Assembly: GCA_043825875.1 (NCBI GenBank)
Contig: JBDRRF010000048.1
Coordinates: 1-27,204 of the forward strand
Source of the DNA: Pseudomonadota bacterium
GTDB taxonomy: Bacteria > Desulfobacterota > Desulfobacteria > Desulfobacterales > RPRI01
Length of the DNA stretch: 27,204 bases
Direction of reading: 5' to 3'
This document shows, one piece after another, positions 1-10,229 of the stretch. A program made the translations under genes and the position numbers. The notes below the pieces were generated by a model. The model ran no database searches, was not told the DNA's origin, and worked only from the letters and a program-made list of their open reading frames with translations. The first letter of the stretch is position 1, and each line of letters starts with the position of its first letter.

Positions 1-105
1 CTGATGCTCAACTACACACACATTAAGCCCTGCTTTCGCAAGATAAGACCCGGCCATTAATCCGTTATGGCCCCCTCCTGCTACGATTACATCATATTTT
101 GACAT
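1..105 (-). CDS. NAD(P)/FAD-dependent oxidoreductase, phytoene dehydrogenase-like (N-terminal 35 aa; runs off the window)
   Basis: Not in the ORF track. Manual translation from ATG at 105 gives MSKYDVIVAGGGHNGLMAGSYLAKAGLNVCVVEHQ, a Rossmann GxGxxG motif with the GGGHNGL signature. AGGAGAGG RBS lies upstream. Confidence 0.85.
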   Translation of the reverse strand, partial: MSKYDVIVAGGGHNGLMAGSYLAKAGLNVCVVEHQ

Positions 106-288
106 AATTTCCTCTCCTTTCAGGTTGTTTTTTTGATTAACTAATTTTTTTTGCCACATTTAGTGGACGGCAAAATTATTTATATTCACAGTAAAAATTT
201 GGCCGTTATCACATTATAATGTCAGACTAAAAACGTACATTTTAAAGATCATAAATATATTAAAAACTTATTCCAACCAAAGTAACTA

Positions 289-304
289 TGCTTAAATCAT
301 GCCA
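289..304 (-). promoter_or_regulatory. Putative sigma54 (-24/-12) promoter for the oxidoreductase
   Basis: Minus strand reads TGGCATGATTTAAGCA (GG-N10-GC, TGGCA core), correctly oriented in a long AT-rich intergenic region. Confidence 0.55.
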
Positions 305-788
305 ATATTTTAATGGTAATAATATCAATGTGATAAATATATTTATGCTTGGAAATTTACAATATAAAAAACATTTTTATGATATGCCGCAATCGGCTAT
401 ATAGCATATGGTAGAATATACTAAATATCATAAATATAATAGATAGGCTTTCCGGCACAGTAAGCAGAAACAACAGCAGAAGATTAAGAAAATACAGTTA
501 GAAATTTTGTAAAAAGCAAATGGATTATTAATAATACTATTCTACAATAACGTCAAATGCTATTAATACAAGCAGTAATTATTGTGAAGTTGTGATGTTA
601 ATAGTTTGCGATTTTAATCAGAATATTTCCGCAAATAATTTTCTATCCCGGCATGTGCCAAAAGGCCTAAATCATGGCGCTTATTTCGGTCATTTAGTTC
701 ACAATGTCAAGCAAAAATGAATGTTTTGCTTGAGCCTTGATACTTTAATAAAGAGTCAACAAGCGGTTTTTTTTATACGGTTTTTATC

Positions 789-818
789 TGGCGGGAAAGT
801 CTTAACACTCTCCCGCCA
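789..818 (-). terminator. Stem-loop downstream of the SDR gene
   Basis: TGGCGGGA...TCCCGCCA inverted repeat about 20 bp past the stop. No U-tract on the minus strand, so function is uncertain. Confidence 0.4.
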
Positions 819-841
819 TTTGAAGAAAACAGATAATAAAG

Positions 842-1600
842 CTAAAAGGTAAAAAGATGGATTCCACCCGTCAGATACATTTCAGTACCAGTTACATAGC
901 TTGCTCTTTCTGAGCAAAGGTAAACTATTGAATCGGCGATTTCATCAGGGTTTGCGGGTCGCAGAAATACAGTTCGTTTTTCCAGTCTTTTTCTCATGTC
1001 TTCACGGATAGTTGGATAGATTTCTGTTGCGATAATACCAGCCACAATGCTGTTGGCGGTAATATTATTTCTTCCTCCTTCCAGAGCTACTGTCCTCATA
1101 AGACCGGTAACACCGCTTTTAGAAGCCGAATAACTTGCTTGGCCAAATCCGCCTAAAGCCCCGGCAACCGAAGACATAGTTACTATACGACCCCAATTCT
1201 GGGCTTTCATACCGGAAAAACAGGCTTTGGTCACATAATAAGTTCCTGTAAGGTTAACAGCTATATCTCTTAACCATAAGCTATCTTTCATCTTATCAAT
1301 CGGAGCCATATTATCTAAAACTGCGGCATTGTTAACCAGAATATCAACCGCTTTCCATTTGGATGTAATATCTTGAAGCATTTCTTCCAGTTTTTCCGGT
1401 TTGGTGATATCACATTCATAACCGATAGCTTCAGCACCTAAAGCTTTAATTTCTTCAACAACCTTATCGACGCCTTCCTTTTTAACATCGGCGATAACTA
1501 ATTTACATCCTTCCTGAGCCAATTTTAAAGAAACTATGCGGCCAAGACCTCCGCCTGATCCGGTAACTAATGCAACTTTATCTTTAATTCCTAAATCCAT
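842..1600 (-). CDS. SDR family oxidoreductase (3-oxoacyl/acetoacetyl-CoA reductase-like)
   Basis: TGSGGGLG, NNA, YSASK motifs; AGGAGG RBS. Confidence 0.9.
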   Translation of the reverse strand: MDLGIKDKVALVTGSGGGLGRIVSLKLAQEGCKLVIADVKKEGVDKVVEEIKALGAEAIGYECDITKPEKLEEMLQDITSKWKAVDILVNNAAVLDNMAPIDKMKDSLWLRDIAVNLTGTYYVTKACFSGMKAQNWGRIVTMSSVAGALGGFGQASYSASKSGVTGLMRTVALEGGRNNITANSIVAGIIATEIYPTIREDMRKRLEKRTVFLRPANPDEIADSIVYLCSERASYVTGTEMYLTGGIHLFTF

Positions 1601-1699
1601 ATTTCCTCCTGTATTTCATGCTTATTGAATTCGCAAAAATCAAATTTACACGATGATCCCATCACAAATATAGGACAAAGCAAATTTGATACAAAAAAT

Positions 1700-2476
1700 T
1701 TATTTCCCTTTGAAATTCGGTTTTCTCTTTTCAAGAAAAGCCGCCACACCCTCTGTTTTATCTTCAGTGGAAAAAAGCAGTGCAAATGATTGAGACTCCA
1801 TTTTTAATGCCGATTCCAGATCCATGTTGATTCCGGCATTAACAACCGCCTTGGTAATCTTCAAAGCCATAGCCGGTTTGGAGGCCATTTTTTTGGCCAT
1901 TTTATTAACTTCATCTGATAGGCTATCTACCGGAACTACTTTATTTACTAAATTTATACGAAGAGCTTCAGCAGCATTTATTATATCTCCCGTATAAAGT
2001 AATTCCTTGGCTTTGGCTATGCCGACAATTCTTGTTAATCTCTGCGTTCCGCCTGATCCGGGAATAATTCCCAGGTTGATTTCAGGTTGTCCTAATACCG
2101 AAGTGTCAGAAGCAATTCTTAAGTCACAAGCCAGTGCCAATTCAAGCCCGCCGCCCAAACAAAAACCACTAATAGCTGCTATAGATGGTTTTTCAAGCTT
2201 ATCTAAATCCGAAATAGGACTCGTCCGGCTGAAGTCATACGCTTGCATAGGCGAGTTAACACTTTGTACAAGGTTTATATCCGCACCGGCTGCAAAATAT
2301 TCATTTCCTCCGGTTAAAACCACTACCTTTACTTCATCATCTGTAGAAATCGCTTTTACCAGGTCCGATAATTCCTCTATCATTTGACCATTAATAGCGT
2401 TTTTCTGTTTGGGACGGTTTAAGGTAATTGTTCCGATACCGTTTTCTTTATTGAAAGTTAAAGTCGAATAATCCAT
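1700..2476 (-). CDS. Enoyl-CoA hydratase (crotonase family)
   Basis: FAAGADI, GGGLELALACD and QPEINLG with both catalytic Glu; C-terminal AFLEKRKPNF. Confidence 0.92.
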   Translation of the reverse strand: MDYSTLTFNKENGIGTITLNRPKQKNAINGQMIEELSDLVKAISTDDEVKVVVLTGGNEYFAAGADINLVQSVNSPMQAYDFSRTSPISDLDKLEKPSIAAISGFCLGGGLELALACDLRIASDTSVLGQPEINLGIIPGSGGTQRLTRIVGIAKAKELLYTGDIINAAEALRINLVNKVVPVDSLSDEVNKMAKKMASKPAMALKITKAVVNAGINMDLESALKMESQSFALLFSTEDKTEGVAAFLEKRKPNFKGK

Positions 2477-2639
2477 GATTCTATTCCCTTCTCAATTCAT
2501 CGGTTAATAAATACGAAGCATTATGCATAAGTCTCACTATTTTACAAGCTATTACTTCGGGCAAGAGTTTCTTGTCAAGAATTTTATTCCCGGAAAACGT
2601 TTGACTCCATAAGATATAATTTATTGCTCATTAAATATT

Positions 2640-3518
2640 TCACACATCTTTGAATACCGAAACACACAAATCACCAAGAGTGCCGAGATTCTCACATATA
2701 TGTATTCCACTTTTCTTCATTGCTTCGATTTTTCCCTGGGCAGTTCCACTATTACCGCTTATAATTGCGCCCGCATGTCCCATCCGGCGCCCTGGCGGAG
2801 CCGTTAGCCCTGCTATAAAACCTATGACAGGTTTTGTTAGATTCTTTGAAATAAACTCAGAGGCTTCTTCCTCAGCGGTTCCGCCTATTTCTCCAACCAT
2901 TACAATTCCTTTGGTTTGGGGATCGTTTTGGAAAGCATCAAGGCAATCTATAAAACTTGTTCCATTTACCGGATCACCTCCAATACCTATGCAGGTAGTC
3001 TGGCCTATCCCTTTTTGTGTCAGCTGATGAACAACCTCATATGTGAGAGTGCCTGACCTTGATACAACCCCTATAGGTCCACCAGGTTGATGGATATGTC
3101 CTGGCATAATTCCGACTTTACACTCTCCCGGTGTGATTATTCCGGGACAATTCGGCCCTATTATGCGGCTTTTTTTGCCGGAAATATAATTTTTAACTTT
3201 CATCATATTCATAACCGGAATCCCTTCGGTAATCACCACAATCAAAGGAATACCAGCATCAGTTGCTTCCATAATTGCATCTGATGTAAAAGGAGGAGGC
3301 ACAAAAATCATGCTACAGTTAGCTCCTGTTTTTTCCACTGCTTCATTTACTGTGTTAAAAACAGGCACTTCATCCATTTTCTGTCCCCCTTTTCCGGGGG
3401 TAACTCCAGCAACAACATTGGTTCCATAAGCAACACACTGACGCGTATGAAATTGCCCTTCTTTTCCTGTAACACCCTGGACAACAAGTTTTGTATCCTT
3501 ATTAACAAAAATACTCAA
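2640..3518 (-). CDS. sucD: Succinyl-CoA synthetase alpha subunit
   Basis: [32 protein letters not shown] (phospho-His); TTG start. Confidence 0.97.
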   Translation of the reverse strand: MSIFVNKDTKLVVQGVTGKEGQFHTRQCVAYGTNVVAGVTPGKGGQKMDEVPVFNTVNEAVEKTGANCSMIFVPPPFTSDAIMEATDAGIPLIVVITEGIPVMNMMKVKNYISGKKSRIIGPNCPGIITPGECKVGIMPGHIHQPGGPIGVVSRSGTLTYEVVHQLTQKGIGQTTCIGIGGDPVNGTSFIDCLDAFQNDPQTKGIVMVGEIGGTAEEEASEFISKNLTKPVIGFIAGLTAPPGRRMGHAGAIISGNSGTAQGKIEAMKKSGIHICENLGTLGDLCVSVFKDV

Positions 3519-3618
3519 TTTCTATTCCCTCGCGTATATGTAAAACTATATAAAATAGCATAACCATGCTAAGAATAAATAAAACCTTACTAAAAACAAT
3601 TCTCAGGAAGTATTTAAA

Positions 3619-4782
3619 TCAAGAGTTTACGATACCGGCCACTTTATTGGCAGCATCCTGCAAATCAACAGCCGTAATAAGATTAAGCCCTGAATCCGAA
3701 AGAATTTTCCTTCCTATTTCCACATTTGTTCCTTCCATGCGGATAACAACCGGTACGGCAATACCCGTTTTTTTTGCTGCCTGAACAACGCCTTCTGCAA
3801 GAACATCACATCTTAAGATACCGCCGAAAATATTTATGAAAATTCCTTTTACATTCTTATCTCCGAGTATAATCTTAAAGCCGTTTTCAACCATTTCGGC
3901 ACTAGCTCCGCCACCAACATCAAGGAAATTGGCAGGCTCGGCTCCTGCAAGCTTTATGATATCCATAGTAGCCATTGCAAGCCCTGCACCATTTACCATA
4001 TTTCCTACATTCCCATCCATTTTGATGTAGTTCAGATTATATTTGGATGCTTCTACTTCAAGGGGATCTTCTTCATCAATATCCCTATATTCAAGTATGT
4101 CTTTGTGGCGGAAAAGGGCATTATCATCAAAGGTTATTTTTGCATCAAGAGCAATAACCTTATCTTCAGCAGTAATTACTAGAGGATTTATTTCAAGAAG
4201 AGAACAGTCATAGTCTACAAAAAGCTTATAAAGGCTATTTAGCATTCCGGTGAATTCTTTTACGGCACCTTCCGGCAAATTAAGCCCGTAAGCTGCATGC
4301 CGGCAATGGTATGGATAGATCCCGGCAACCGGATCAACAAAAATTTTAATGATCTTTTCCGGTGTCTTCTCAGAAACTTCCTCAATATCCATGCCTCCGG
4401 CCTCACTGGCCATAATAACATTTTTTGCAGTAGACCGATCAGGAATAATTGAAAGGTAAAGTTCTTTTTTGATATTAAGTCCCTGTTCGACCAACACCTT
4501 TTTAACAAATCTTCCTTCAGGTCCTGTCTGATTGGTGACAAGTGTCATTCCTAAAATACTTTCAGCTGTACTTCTTGTTTCATCAGTGGATTTGGCAAGC
4601 TTTACACCTCCTCCTTTACCGCGTCCGCCGGCATGAATCTGTGCCTTTACAACAACCGGAAAACCACCAAGCGTATCTGAAACCTTAACCGCTTCTTCAG
4701 GACTGAACGCAACGCCTCCCATCGGAACAGGAATGCCGTACTTTTTGAATAATTCCTTTGCCTGGTATTCATGAATTTTCAT
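3619..4782 (-). CDS. sucC: Succinyl-CoA synthetase beta subunit
   Basis: [43 protein letters not shown]. Confidence 0.97.
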   Translation of the reverse strand: MKIHEYQAKELFKKYGIPVPMGGVAFSPEEAVKVSDTLGGFPVVVKAQIHAGGRGKGGGVKLAKSTDETRSTAESILGMTLVTNQTGPEGRFVKKVLVEQGLNIKKELYLSIIPDRSTAKNVIMASEAGGMDIEEVSEKTPEKIIKIFVDPVAGIYPYHCRHAAYGLNLPEGAVKEFTGMLNSLYKLFVDYDCSLLEINPLVITAEDKVIALDAKITFDDNALFRHKDILEYRDIDEEDPLEVEASKYNLNYIKMDGNVGNMVNGAGLAMATMDIIKLAGAEPANFLDVGGGASAEMVENGFKIILGDKNVKGIFINIFGGILRCDVLAEGVVQAAKKTGIAVPVVIRMEGTNVEIGRKILSDSGLNLITAVDLQDAANKVAGIVNS

Positions 4783-4810
4783 ACTATGTTAGTTTCCTTT
4801 TAAACCATAG

Positions 4811-4967
4811 GAGATCTTTTTAAGAACGTTCGATTTTGCTAAAACTCAAGAGCTATCCGAAGTATAGCAGATAGAATATATAATATATCCGATAGTTTAA
4901 TAAATATTGCCCAAGCCTTGAAGCGTATTTACCAAACGGACAAAAGGGAGCGTTTACTAAAGGTCTC
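4811..4967. mobile_element. Degenerate MITE with GAG-ended terminal inverted repeats
   Basis: Left end GAGATCTTTTTAAGAACG versus reverse complement of right end GAGACCTTTAGTAAACG; about 157 bp, non-coding. Architecture resembles the element at 18997-19161. Confidence 0.6.
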
Positions 4968-5004
4968 TATATATTTCATATGTGTTGGTTAATTTTTAAT
5001 TATG

Positions 5005-5047
5005 ACTTTTCACGAGATTACCATTTGAAGATAAAATCGTGAAAAGT
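5005..5047. repeat. 11-bp inverted repeat (MITE-end-like hairpin) just after the 5S gene stop
   Basis: ACTTTTCACGA ... TCGTGAAAAGT; similar to the ACTTTTTACGA end of the MITE at 18169-18296. Confidence 0.5.
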
Positions 5048-5057
5048 ACACCATTTA

Positions 5058-7034
5058 CTAACCTATTACACATAAAACAGCGTCTTTGGGAACGGAATCT
5101 CCGCTTTTAAAATTTATGGTCTTTATTACTCCGTCTGCCGGTGAAGGAAGGGCATTTTCCATTTTCATTGCTTCAAGGATTACAATCGTATCCCCTTTCT
5201 TAACCTCATCTCCAACTTCTTTTGAATATGAAATTATCATCCCTGGCATCGGTGCATTAAGAGTAACCCCGTCTGCTGCAACTGGTTTAGGAGCTTTTTC
5301 TTTGGCAGGTGATCCGGCAGGCTTTGGTGCCGTAGCCTGTTGTGGCGCAGTAGGTTCAACCTGCTGAATATAATTGACAACCGGTGCTGCCCCGCCTATT
5401 TCTTCAACTCCAACTTCAAAATTTTCCCCGTCTATAACAACATTAAATCTACGCAATGTGTCCCCCTTTGTTGGAACGTTATTCTTTTCGACTTTTTCAA
5501 CAAGCACTCCTGCTTTTGCCTTGGCTATGATTTCCTGTTCCGCCTTAACCTGCTCAAGGGTTCTGGGTTTTACTTCTTCAGGAGGCTCTTCTTTGCCATA
5601 TTTCCATCTTAAAAACTTTTTACCGGTAACCGGATAAAGCGCATAAATCAACACATCATCAATATCAGTGGTAAGATCCTTGACAGCTTCTTTTGCTTTT
5701 TCAAGTTCAGGTTCAAGCACTTCAGCAGGCCTGCATGTAATTGGTTTTTCACCGCGAGGATATCCCTTAAGAGCTTTTTTCTGAAGCTCCTTATTTATCG
5801 GAATGGCGGTTTTACCATACAAACCGTAGCACAGATCTTTCACCTGAGCGGTGATCATTTTATATCTTTCATTTTCATCATCAAACAATACATTATTAAC
5901 CGTCTGAATACCTACTATCTGGCTGGTAGGTGTAACAAGCGGAATTTGACCCAAATCTTTTCTTACTTTCGGTAATTCTTCATAAACCTTATCTATCTTG
6001 TCAAGCGCATCCATTTCTTTTAGCTGGTTAACAAGATTAGAAAGCATTCCGCCAGGAGTTTGATGTAGAAGAACATTAATATCTATGATAGATACTTTTG
6101 AATCATCAAGCAGATGTTTGTATTTGGGAAGAATATCTCTTTCAAGTATTTCATTGATTGCTGCAAGATGTTTTATGTCAAAACCCGTGTCCCTGCTTGT
6201 CCCGAGAAGGGTCATAACAAGCGGCTCAATTGCGGCATGAGATGTTCTGTATGCGTAAGGAGTCATGCATGTATCTATAATATCAACTCCAGCCTCAATT
6301 GCTTTTAAATGTGACATAGGAGACATGCCCGAAGTAAAATGGCTGTGAAGATGTACAGGAACCTTCACGGCTTCTTTTAAAGCTTTCACAAGATCATATG
6401 CATCATAAGGAGCTATTATACCGGCCATATCTTTAATGCAAATACTATCCGCGCCCATCTTTTCAAGCTCTTTTGCCTTATTAACGTAATACGCAAGATT
6501 ATAAACATCGCCGCCCATCCTGGGTTCCGTCATGGTATAGCATAAGCAGCCCTGAAAATGCTTTCCGCAACTCTTTATTACTGGAACTACCGTTTCAAAA
6601 TTACGGAAATCATTTAACGCATCAAAAGTCCTGAATATATCCATACCGTTTTCTGCCGTTCTTTCAACAAAGGCCCGTGCTACATCGTCCGCATAATTTC
6701 TGTATCCCACAAGATTCTGCGCGCGAAGAAGCATGGAAAATGGGGTCTTTTTAATATACCGTTTAAGAGTCCTTATTCTTTCCCACGGATCTTCATTCAA
6801 AAAGCGGTGCATGGTATCAAAAGTTGCTCCACCCCATACTTCCATAGCCCAGAACCCAACATCATCCATCATTTCGGCAACAGGAATCATGTCTTCAGTT
6901 CGCCCTCTTGTAGCAAACAAAGACTGATGCCCGTCGCGAAGGCTCAAATCCAACACCGAGACCGGATTTTTAGCTTTAGGCCTGTCGTTTCCGTATTTCA
7001 TGGCCGCTTTTTTAACTTTATCATGATCGGTCAT
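5058..7034 (-). CDS. Pyruvate/oxaloacetate carboxyltransferase (transcarboxylase 5S, PycB/OadA-like) fused to a biotin carrier domain
   Basis: LRDGHQSL, EVWGGATFD, IKDMAG, HLHSH, LVTPTSQIVG, Pro/Ala linker, EAMKM biotin site. ATG 7034 is preferred over TTG 7049 because GGAG precedes it. Confidence 0.92.
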   Translation of the reverse strand: MTDHDKVKKAAMKYGNDRPKAKNPVSVLDLSLRDGHQSLFATRGRTEDMIPVAEMMDDVGFWAMEVWGGATFDTMHRFLNEDPWERIRTLKRYIKKTPFSMLLRAQNLVGYRNYADDVARAFVERTAENGMDIFRTFDALNDFRNFETVVPVIKSCGKHFQGCLCYTMTEPRMGGDVYNLAYYVNKAKELEKMGADSICIKDMAGIIAPYDAYDLVKALKEAVKVPVHLHSHFTSGMSPMSHLKAIEAGVDIIDTCMTPYAYRTSHAAIEPLVMTLLGTSRDTGFDIKHLAAINEILERDILPKYKHLLDDSKVSIIDINVLLHQTPGGMLSNLVNQLKEMDALDKIDKVYEELPKVRKDLGQIPLVTPTSQIVGIQTVNNVLFDDENERYKMITAQVKDLCYGLYGKTAIPINKELQKKALKGYPRGEKPITCRPAEVLEPELEKAKEAVKDLTTDIDDVLIYALYPVTGKKFLRWKYGKEEPPEEVKPRTLEQVKAEQEIIAKAKAGVLVEKVEKNNVPTKGDTLRRFNVVIDGENFEVGVEEIGGAAPVVNYIQQVEPTAPQQATAPKPAGSPAKEKAPKPVAADGVTLNAPMPGMIISYSKEVGDEVKKGDTIVILEAMKMENALPSPADGVIKTINFKSGDSVPKDAVLCVIG

Positions 7035-7094
7035 ATTATAATTCTCCAATTAAATATCATTACAAAGCTTCCGGTTTGATCCTTTATAGTACAA

Positions 7095-7175
7095 GGGGGC
7101 AAGGGTTCGAGGATCCCAGGGTTCAAGGTTAATAAACAAAGGATCTTCCCCTTGACCCCTTGAATCCTTGAACCC
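7095..7175. repeat. Inverted cluster of 8-bp tandem repeats (GGRTTCAA-type)
   Basis: GGGTTCGA GGATCCCA GGGTTCAA facing CTTGACCC CTTGAATC CTTGAACC. Confidence 0.75.
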
Positions 7176-7215
7176 ATTATTCTTATCCGTTAGAACCGGA
7201 TGCAGTAGGCAACTA

Positions 7216-7443
7216 TTATCTTGCCTTATTAAACGTCCTGAACTGCATAAGGCTTCGCATCTGCATAATATCCTGTCTGCCACTCATCCCCCATACATTG
7301 GGCATGGCTTGCGTACCAGTACCTGGCATTGCCGCCTGCTTTGCAGATAAAGCCTGTTCTTCGGTACTTATATAATGCATTATTGTTGCAGATATTACTG
7401 CAGCAGTTTTTTTGCTTACTTTCATAATATTATATTTCCTCAA
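7216..7443 (-). CDS. Small protein, putative carboxyltransferase accessory (epsilon/PccX-like) subunit
   Basis: 75 aa (start may be 7425), lying between the 12S and 5S genes. It has an AAVISA helix, an Ala/Pro linker and a WGMSGR motif. Confidence 0.65.
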   Translation of the reverse strand: MRKYNIMKVSKKTAAVISATIMHYISTEEQALSAKQAAMPGTGTQAMPNVWGMSGRQDIMQMRSLMQFRTFNKAR

Positions 7444-7484
7444 CCATTAATAATGTGAAATTTACAGCATGATAAATAAGACTT

Positions 7485-9038
7485 TTACAAAGGAATATTT
7501 CCATGTTTCTTGGATGGTCTTATCTCACGCTTGGTGCACATTATTTCAAGAGCATCTATCAGACGCTGTCTGGTTGTGCTCGGCACGATAACGGCATCAA
7601 TATAGCCTCTTCTTGCAGCGCAATACGGGTTGGAAAACAAATCCTCATATTCTTTTATCTTTTCCTTGCGCTTTTTTACAGGATCTTTGGCTTCTTTGAT
7701 TTCTTTACGGTGAATTACATTCGCTGCTCCGGCGGCCCCCATTACGGCAATTTCAGAACTAGGCCATGCAAATGCCATATCCGCACCAAGATCTTTAGAG
7801 CACATTGCAAGATAAGATCCGCCATAATCCTTTCTAGTTACAAGCAACATCTTAGGAACTGTCGCCTCGGAATAGCTCCAGAGAAGCTTTGCCCCGTGAC
7901 GGATAATTCCGCTCCATTCCTGATCGCTTCCCGGGAGATAACCGGGAACATCGGCAATGGTGAGAAGAGGAATGTTGAAAGAATCACAAAATCTTATAAA
8001 TCTTGTGGCTTTATCGGAAGCATTTATATCAAGGCATCCGGCTTTTTCATTTGGCTGGTTTGCTATTATTCCGACACTTCTTCCGTTAAGTCTTGCAAAA
8101 CAGATTATAATATTACGGGCATAATATTGATGGGGTTCGAAAAATTCTCCACTATCAACAATAGATCTTATTATATCCTTCATATCATAAGACTGGTTTG
8201 TGCTGTCAGGAATTATTTCATCCAATTGAGGAGCTAAGCGAGCAGGATCATCGCCGGAAAGAACTATTGGAGGATCTTCCATATTATTTGCAGGCAGATA
8301 TGAAAGGAGCTTTTTGATATTCATGATTGTATCAGTATCATTTTCACAGGCAAAATGGGCGACTCCGCTTTTTTCATTGTGAGTCATTGCTCCGCCAAGC
8401 TCTTCAAAGGTTATTTGTTCACCTGTAACCGATTTGATAACATCAGGCCCTGTAATAAACATATAGCTTGTGTTTTTTACCATGAAAATAAAGTCTGTCA
8501 TAGCCGGAGAATAAACCGCACCACCTGCTGTTGGGCCCATTATAGCTGATATCTGGGGTATAACACCGGAAGCAAGTGAGTTGCGGTAAAAGATCTGGCC
8601 ATAACCGGAAAGAGCATCAACTCCTTCCTGGATTCTTGCACCGCCCGAATCATTAAGTCCTATGCAGGGAACTCCGGCTTTTAACGCAAGATCCATTACT
8701 TTGCATATCTTTTTGGCATGCATTTCACCAAGACTTCCTGCTCTTGCGGTAAAATCCTGTGAAAATGCAAAAGCCGGCCTTTTATCAATCAAACCATGCC
8801 CTGTTATAACTCCATCCGCAGGGATTTCCACTTTTTCCATATCAAAATTTACACAGCGATGAGTGACAAACATATCAATTTCCCGGAATGTACCGGGATC
8901 AAACAAAAGGTTCAGCCTGTCTCTCGCTGTCAAACGTCCATCCTTACAATGTTTTGCAACTGCCTTATCACCGCCCATCATGAGGGTTTTGGCTTCACGA
9001 TCTTTAAGATCCTTAATCTTATCTTTCACAATACCCAT
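7485..9038 (-). CDS. Methylmalonyl-CoA carboxyltransferase 12S / propionyl-CoA carboxylase beta-type subunit
   Basis: DSGGARIQEG, GGAVYSPAMTD, DVPGYLPG, KKHGNIPL. Start reset to ATG 9038 (MGIVKD, AGGA RBS); the longer ORF-track start overlaps meaB. Confidence 0.95.
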   Translation of the reverse strand: MGIVKDKIKDLKDREAKTLMMGGDKAVAKHCKDGRLTARDRLNLLFDPGTFREIDMFVTHRCVNFDMEKVEIPADGVITGHGLIDKRPAFAFSQDFTARAGSLGEMHAKKICKVMDLALKAGVPCIGLNDSGGARIQEGVDALSGYGQIFYRNSLASGVIPQISAIMGPTAGGAVYSPAMTDFIFMVKNTSYMFITGPDVIKSVTGEQITFEELGGAMTHNEKSGVAHFACENDTDTIMNIKKLLSYLPANNMEDPPIVLSGDDPARLAPQLDEIIPDSTNQSYDMKDIIRSIVDSGEFFEPHQYYARNIIICFARLNGRSVGIIANQPNEKAGCLDINASDKATRFIRFCDSFNIPLLTIADVPGYLPGSDQEWSGIIRHGAKLLWSYSEATVPKMLLVTRKDYGGSYLAMCSKDLGADMAFAWPSSEIAVMGAAGAANVIHRKEIKEAKDPVKKRKEKIKEYEDLFSNPYCAARRGYIDAVIVPSTTRQRLIDALEIMCTKREIRPSKKHGNIPL

Positions 9039-9066
9039 AACAAAGTTCCTTTCTTCATATTTTACA

Positions 9067-10086
9067 TCAAGCCTGTTTCTTATAGGTAACACTTTTATTG
9101 TCAAGAAAAAAAAGAAGTTCACCTGATGCAATAGTCGGAGCTTTAGTTCCGCTTTCAACATCACGGATTATTTTTGGAAGACTCTTTTTCACATCAGGAT
9201 TGCCAAAAAATCTTTCCTTAAGCCCTTCTTTAACAAGTGCCCACATCCAGTTTACCATCTGTTTTTTTCTGTTTTTCTCAAGTTCCCCGCTTTTTGTCAT
9301 TTTATTTCTGTGATCAATAACAATGTCCCAGATTTCATTTAGTCCCTTCATTTCCATAGAACTGCAAATAACAACCGGTGGTGACCATGTTTGTGATGGC
9401 GGTGCAATAATGTGAAGAGCCGATTCATATTCCGACCGTGCTTTTTTAGCCTTTTGCACATTATCGCCATCTGCTTTGGTTATAGCTACGGCGTCTGCAA
9501 TTTCCAGAACCCCTTTTTTTATACCCTGATACTCGTCTCCTGCACCGGCCAACATGAGAACAAGGAAAAAATCAACCATAGAAGATACTTCGGTTTCAGA
9601 CTGACCAACTCCTACAGTTTCAACAATTATTACGTCAAAACCGGCAGCTTCAAAAACAAGCATTGTTTCTCTTGTTTTTCTTGCCACTCCTCCCAAAGTA
9701 TCCCCCGAAGGAGACGGTCTTATAAAAGCATTTGGCTCTATGGAAAGCTTTTCCATGCGCAGCTTGTCAGCCATAATGCTTCCACCGCTTCTTTTGCTGC
9801 TGGGATCAACAGCCAAAACCGCTAACTTGTGGCCTTTATTGACAAGCGTCATTCCGAAGCTTTCAATAAACATACTTTTTCCTACACCCGGAACGCCGGT
9901 AACACCCAAACGTACAGCTTTTCCCGTGTAAGGCAAAAGCAGGTCAACAATGGTTCCTGCAAGATCATAATGGGACGGATGAGAACTTTCTATTAAAGTT
10001 ATTGTTTTAGCCAGAATACGCCTGTTTCCTTCAATAACCCCATTTACATAATACTGCGGATCATCCGGCATTTTATTTGTCAGCAT
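9067..10086 (-). CDS. meaB: Methylmalonyl-CoA mutase-associated GTPase
   Basis: GVPGVGKS P-loop, AVDPSS, ETVGVGQSE, KADG; adjacent to the mutase. Confidence 0.95.
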   Translation of the reverse strand: MLTNKMPDDPQYYVNGVIEGNRRILAKTITLIESSHPSHYDLAGTIVDLLLPYTGKAVRLGVTGVPGVGKSMFIESFGMTLVNKGHKLAVLAVDPSSKRSGGSIMADKLRMEKLSIEPNAFIRPSPSGDTLGGVARKTRETMLVFEAAGFDVIIVETVGVGQSETEVSSMVDFFLVLMLAGAGDEYQGIKKGVLEIADAVAITKADGDNVQKAKKARSEYESALHIIAPPSQTWSPPVVICSSMEMKGLNEIWDIVIDHRNKMTKSGELEKNRKKQMVNWMWALVKEGLKERFFGNPDVKKSLPKIIRDVESGTKAPTIASGELLFFLDNKSVTYKKQA

Positions 10087-10097
10087 ATCACTATATA

Positions 10098-10130
10098 GGA
10101 TTCAAGGATTCAAGGGTTCAAGGGTTCAAG
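10098..10130. repeat. 4 x 8-bp tandem repeat GG(A/G)TTCAA
   Basis: GGATTCAA GGATTCAA GGGTTCAA GGGTTCAA; same unit as 7095-7175. Confidence 0.85.
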
Positions 10131-10229
10131 CGAATAGATGTTTTTTCCATGGCCCCTTGCCTTTATAAATACCTGCTATCCCTCCCTTATCTATTAACAG
10201 CTCACAGCATTATGAGCTTACGAAATATT

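Noticed and set aside
347..358. TGCTTGGAAATTT near 346-358 also present inverted at about 20748-20760
   Set aside because: A single 13-mer match is expected by chance in AT-rich 27 kb, and the contexts differ.
7050..7283. 77-aa ORF, and the similar 10077-10259 ORF
   Set aside because: They are translations of the octamer repeats (GFKDSR) and overlap real genes.
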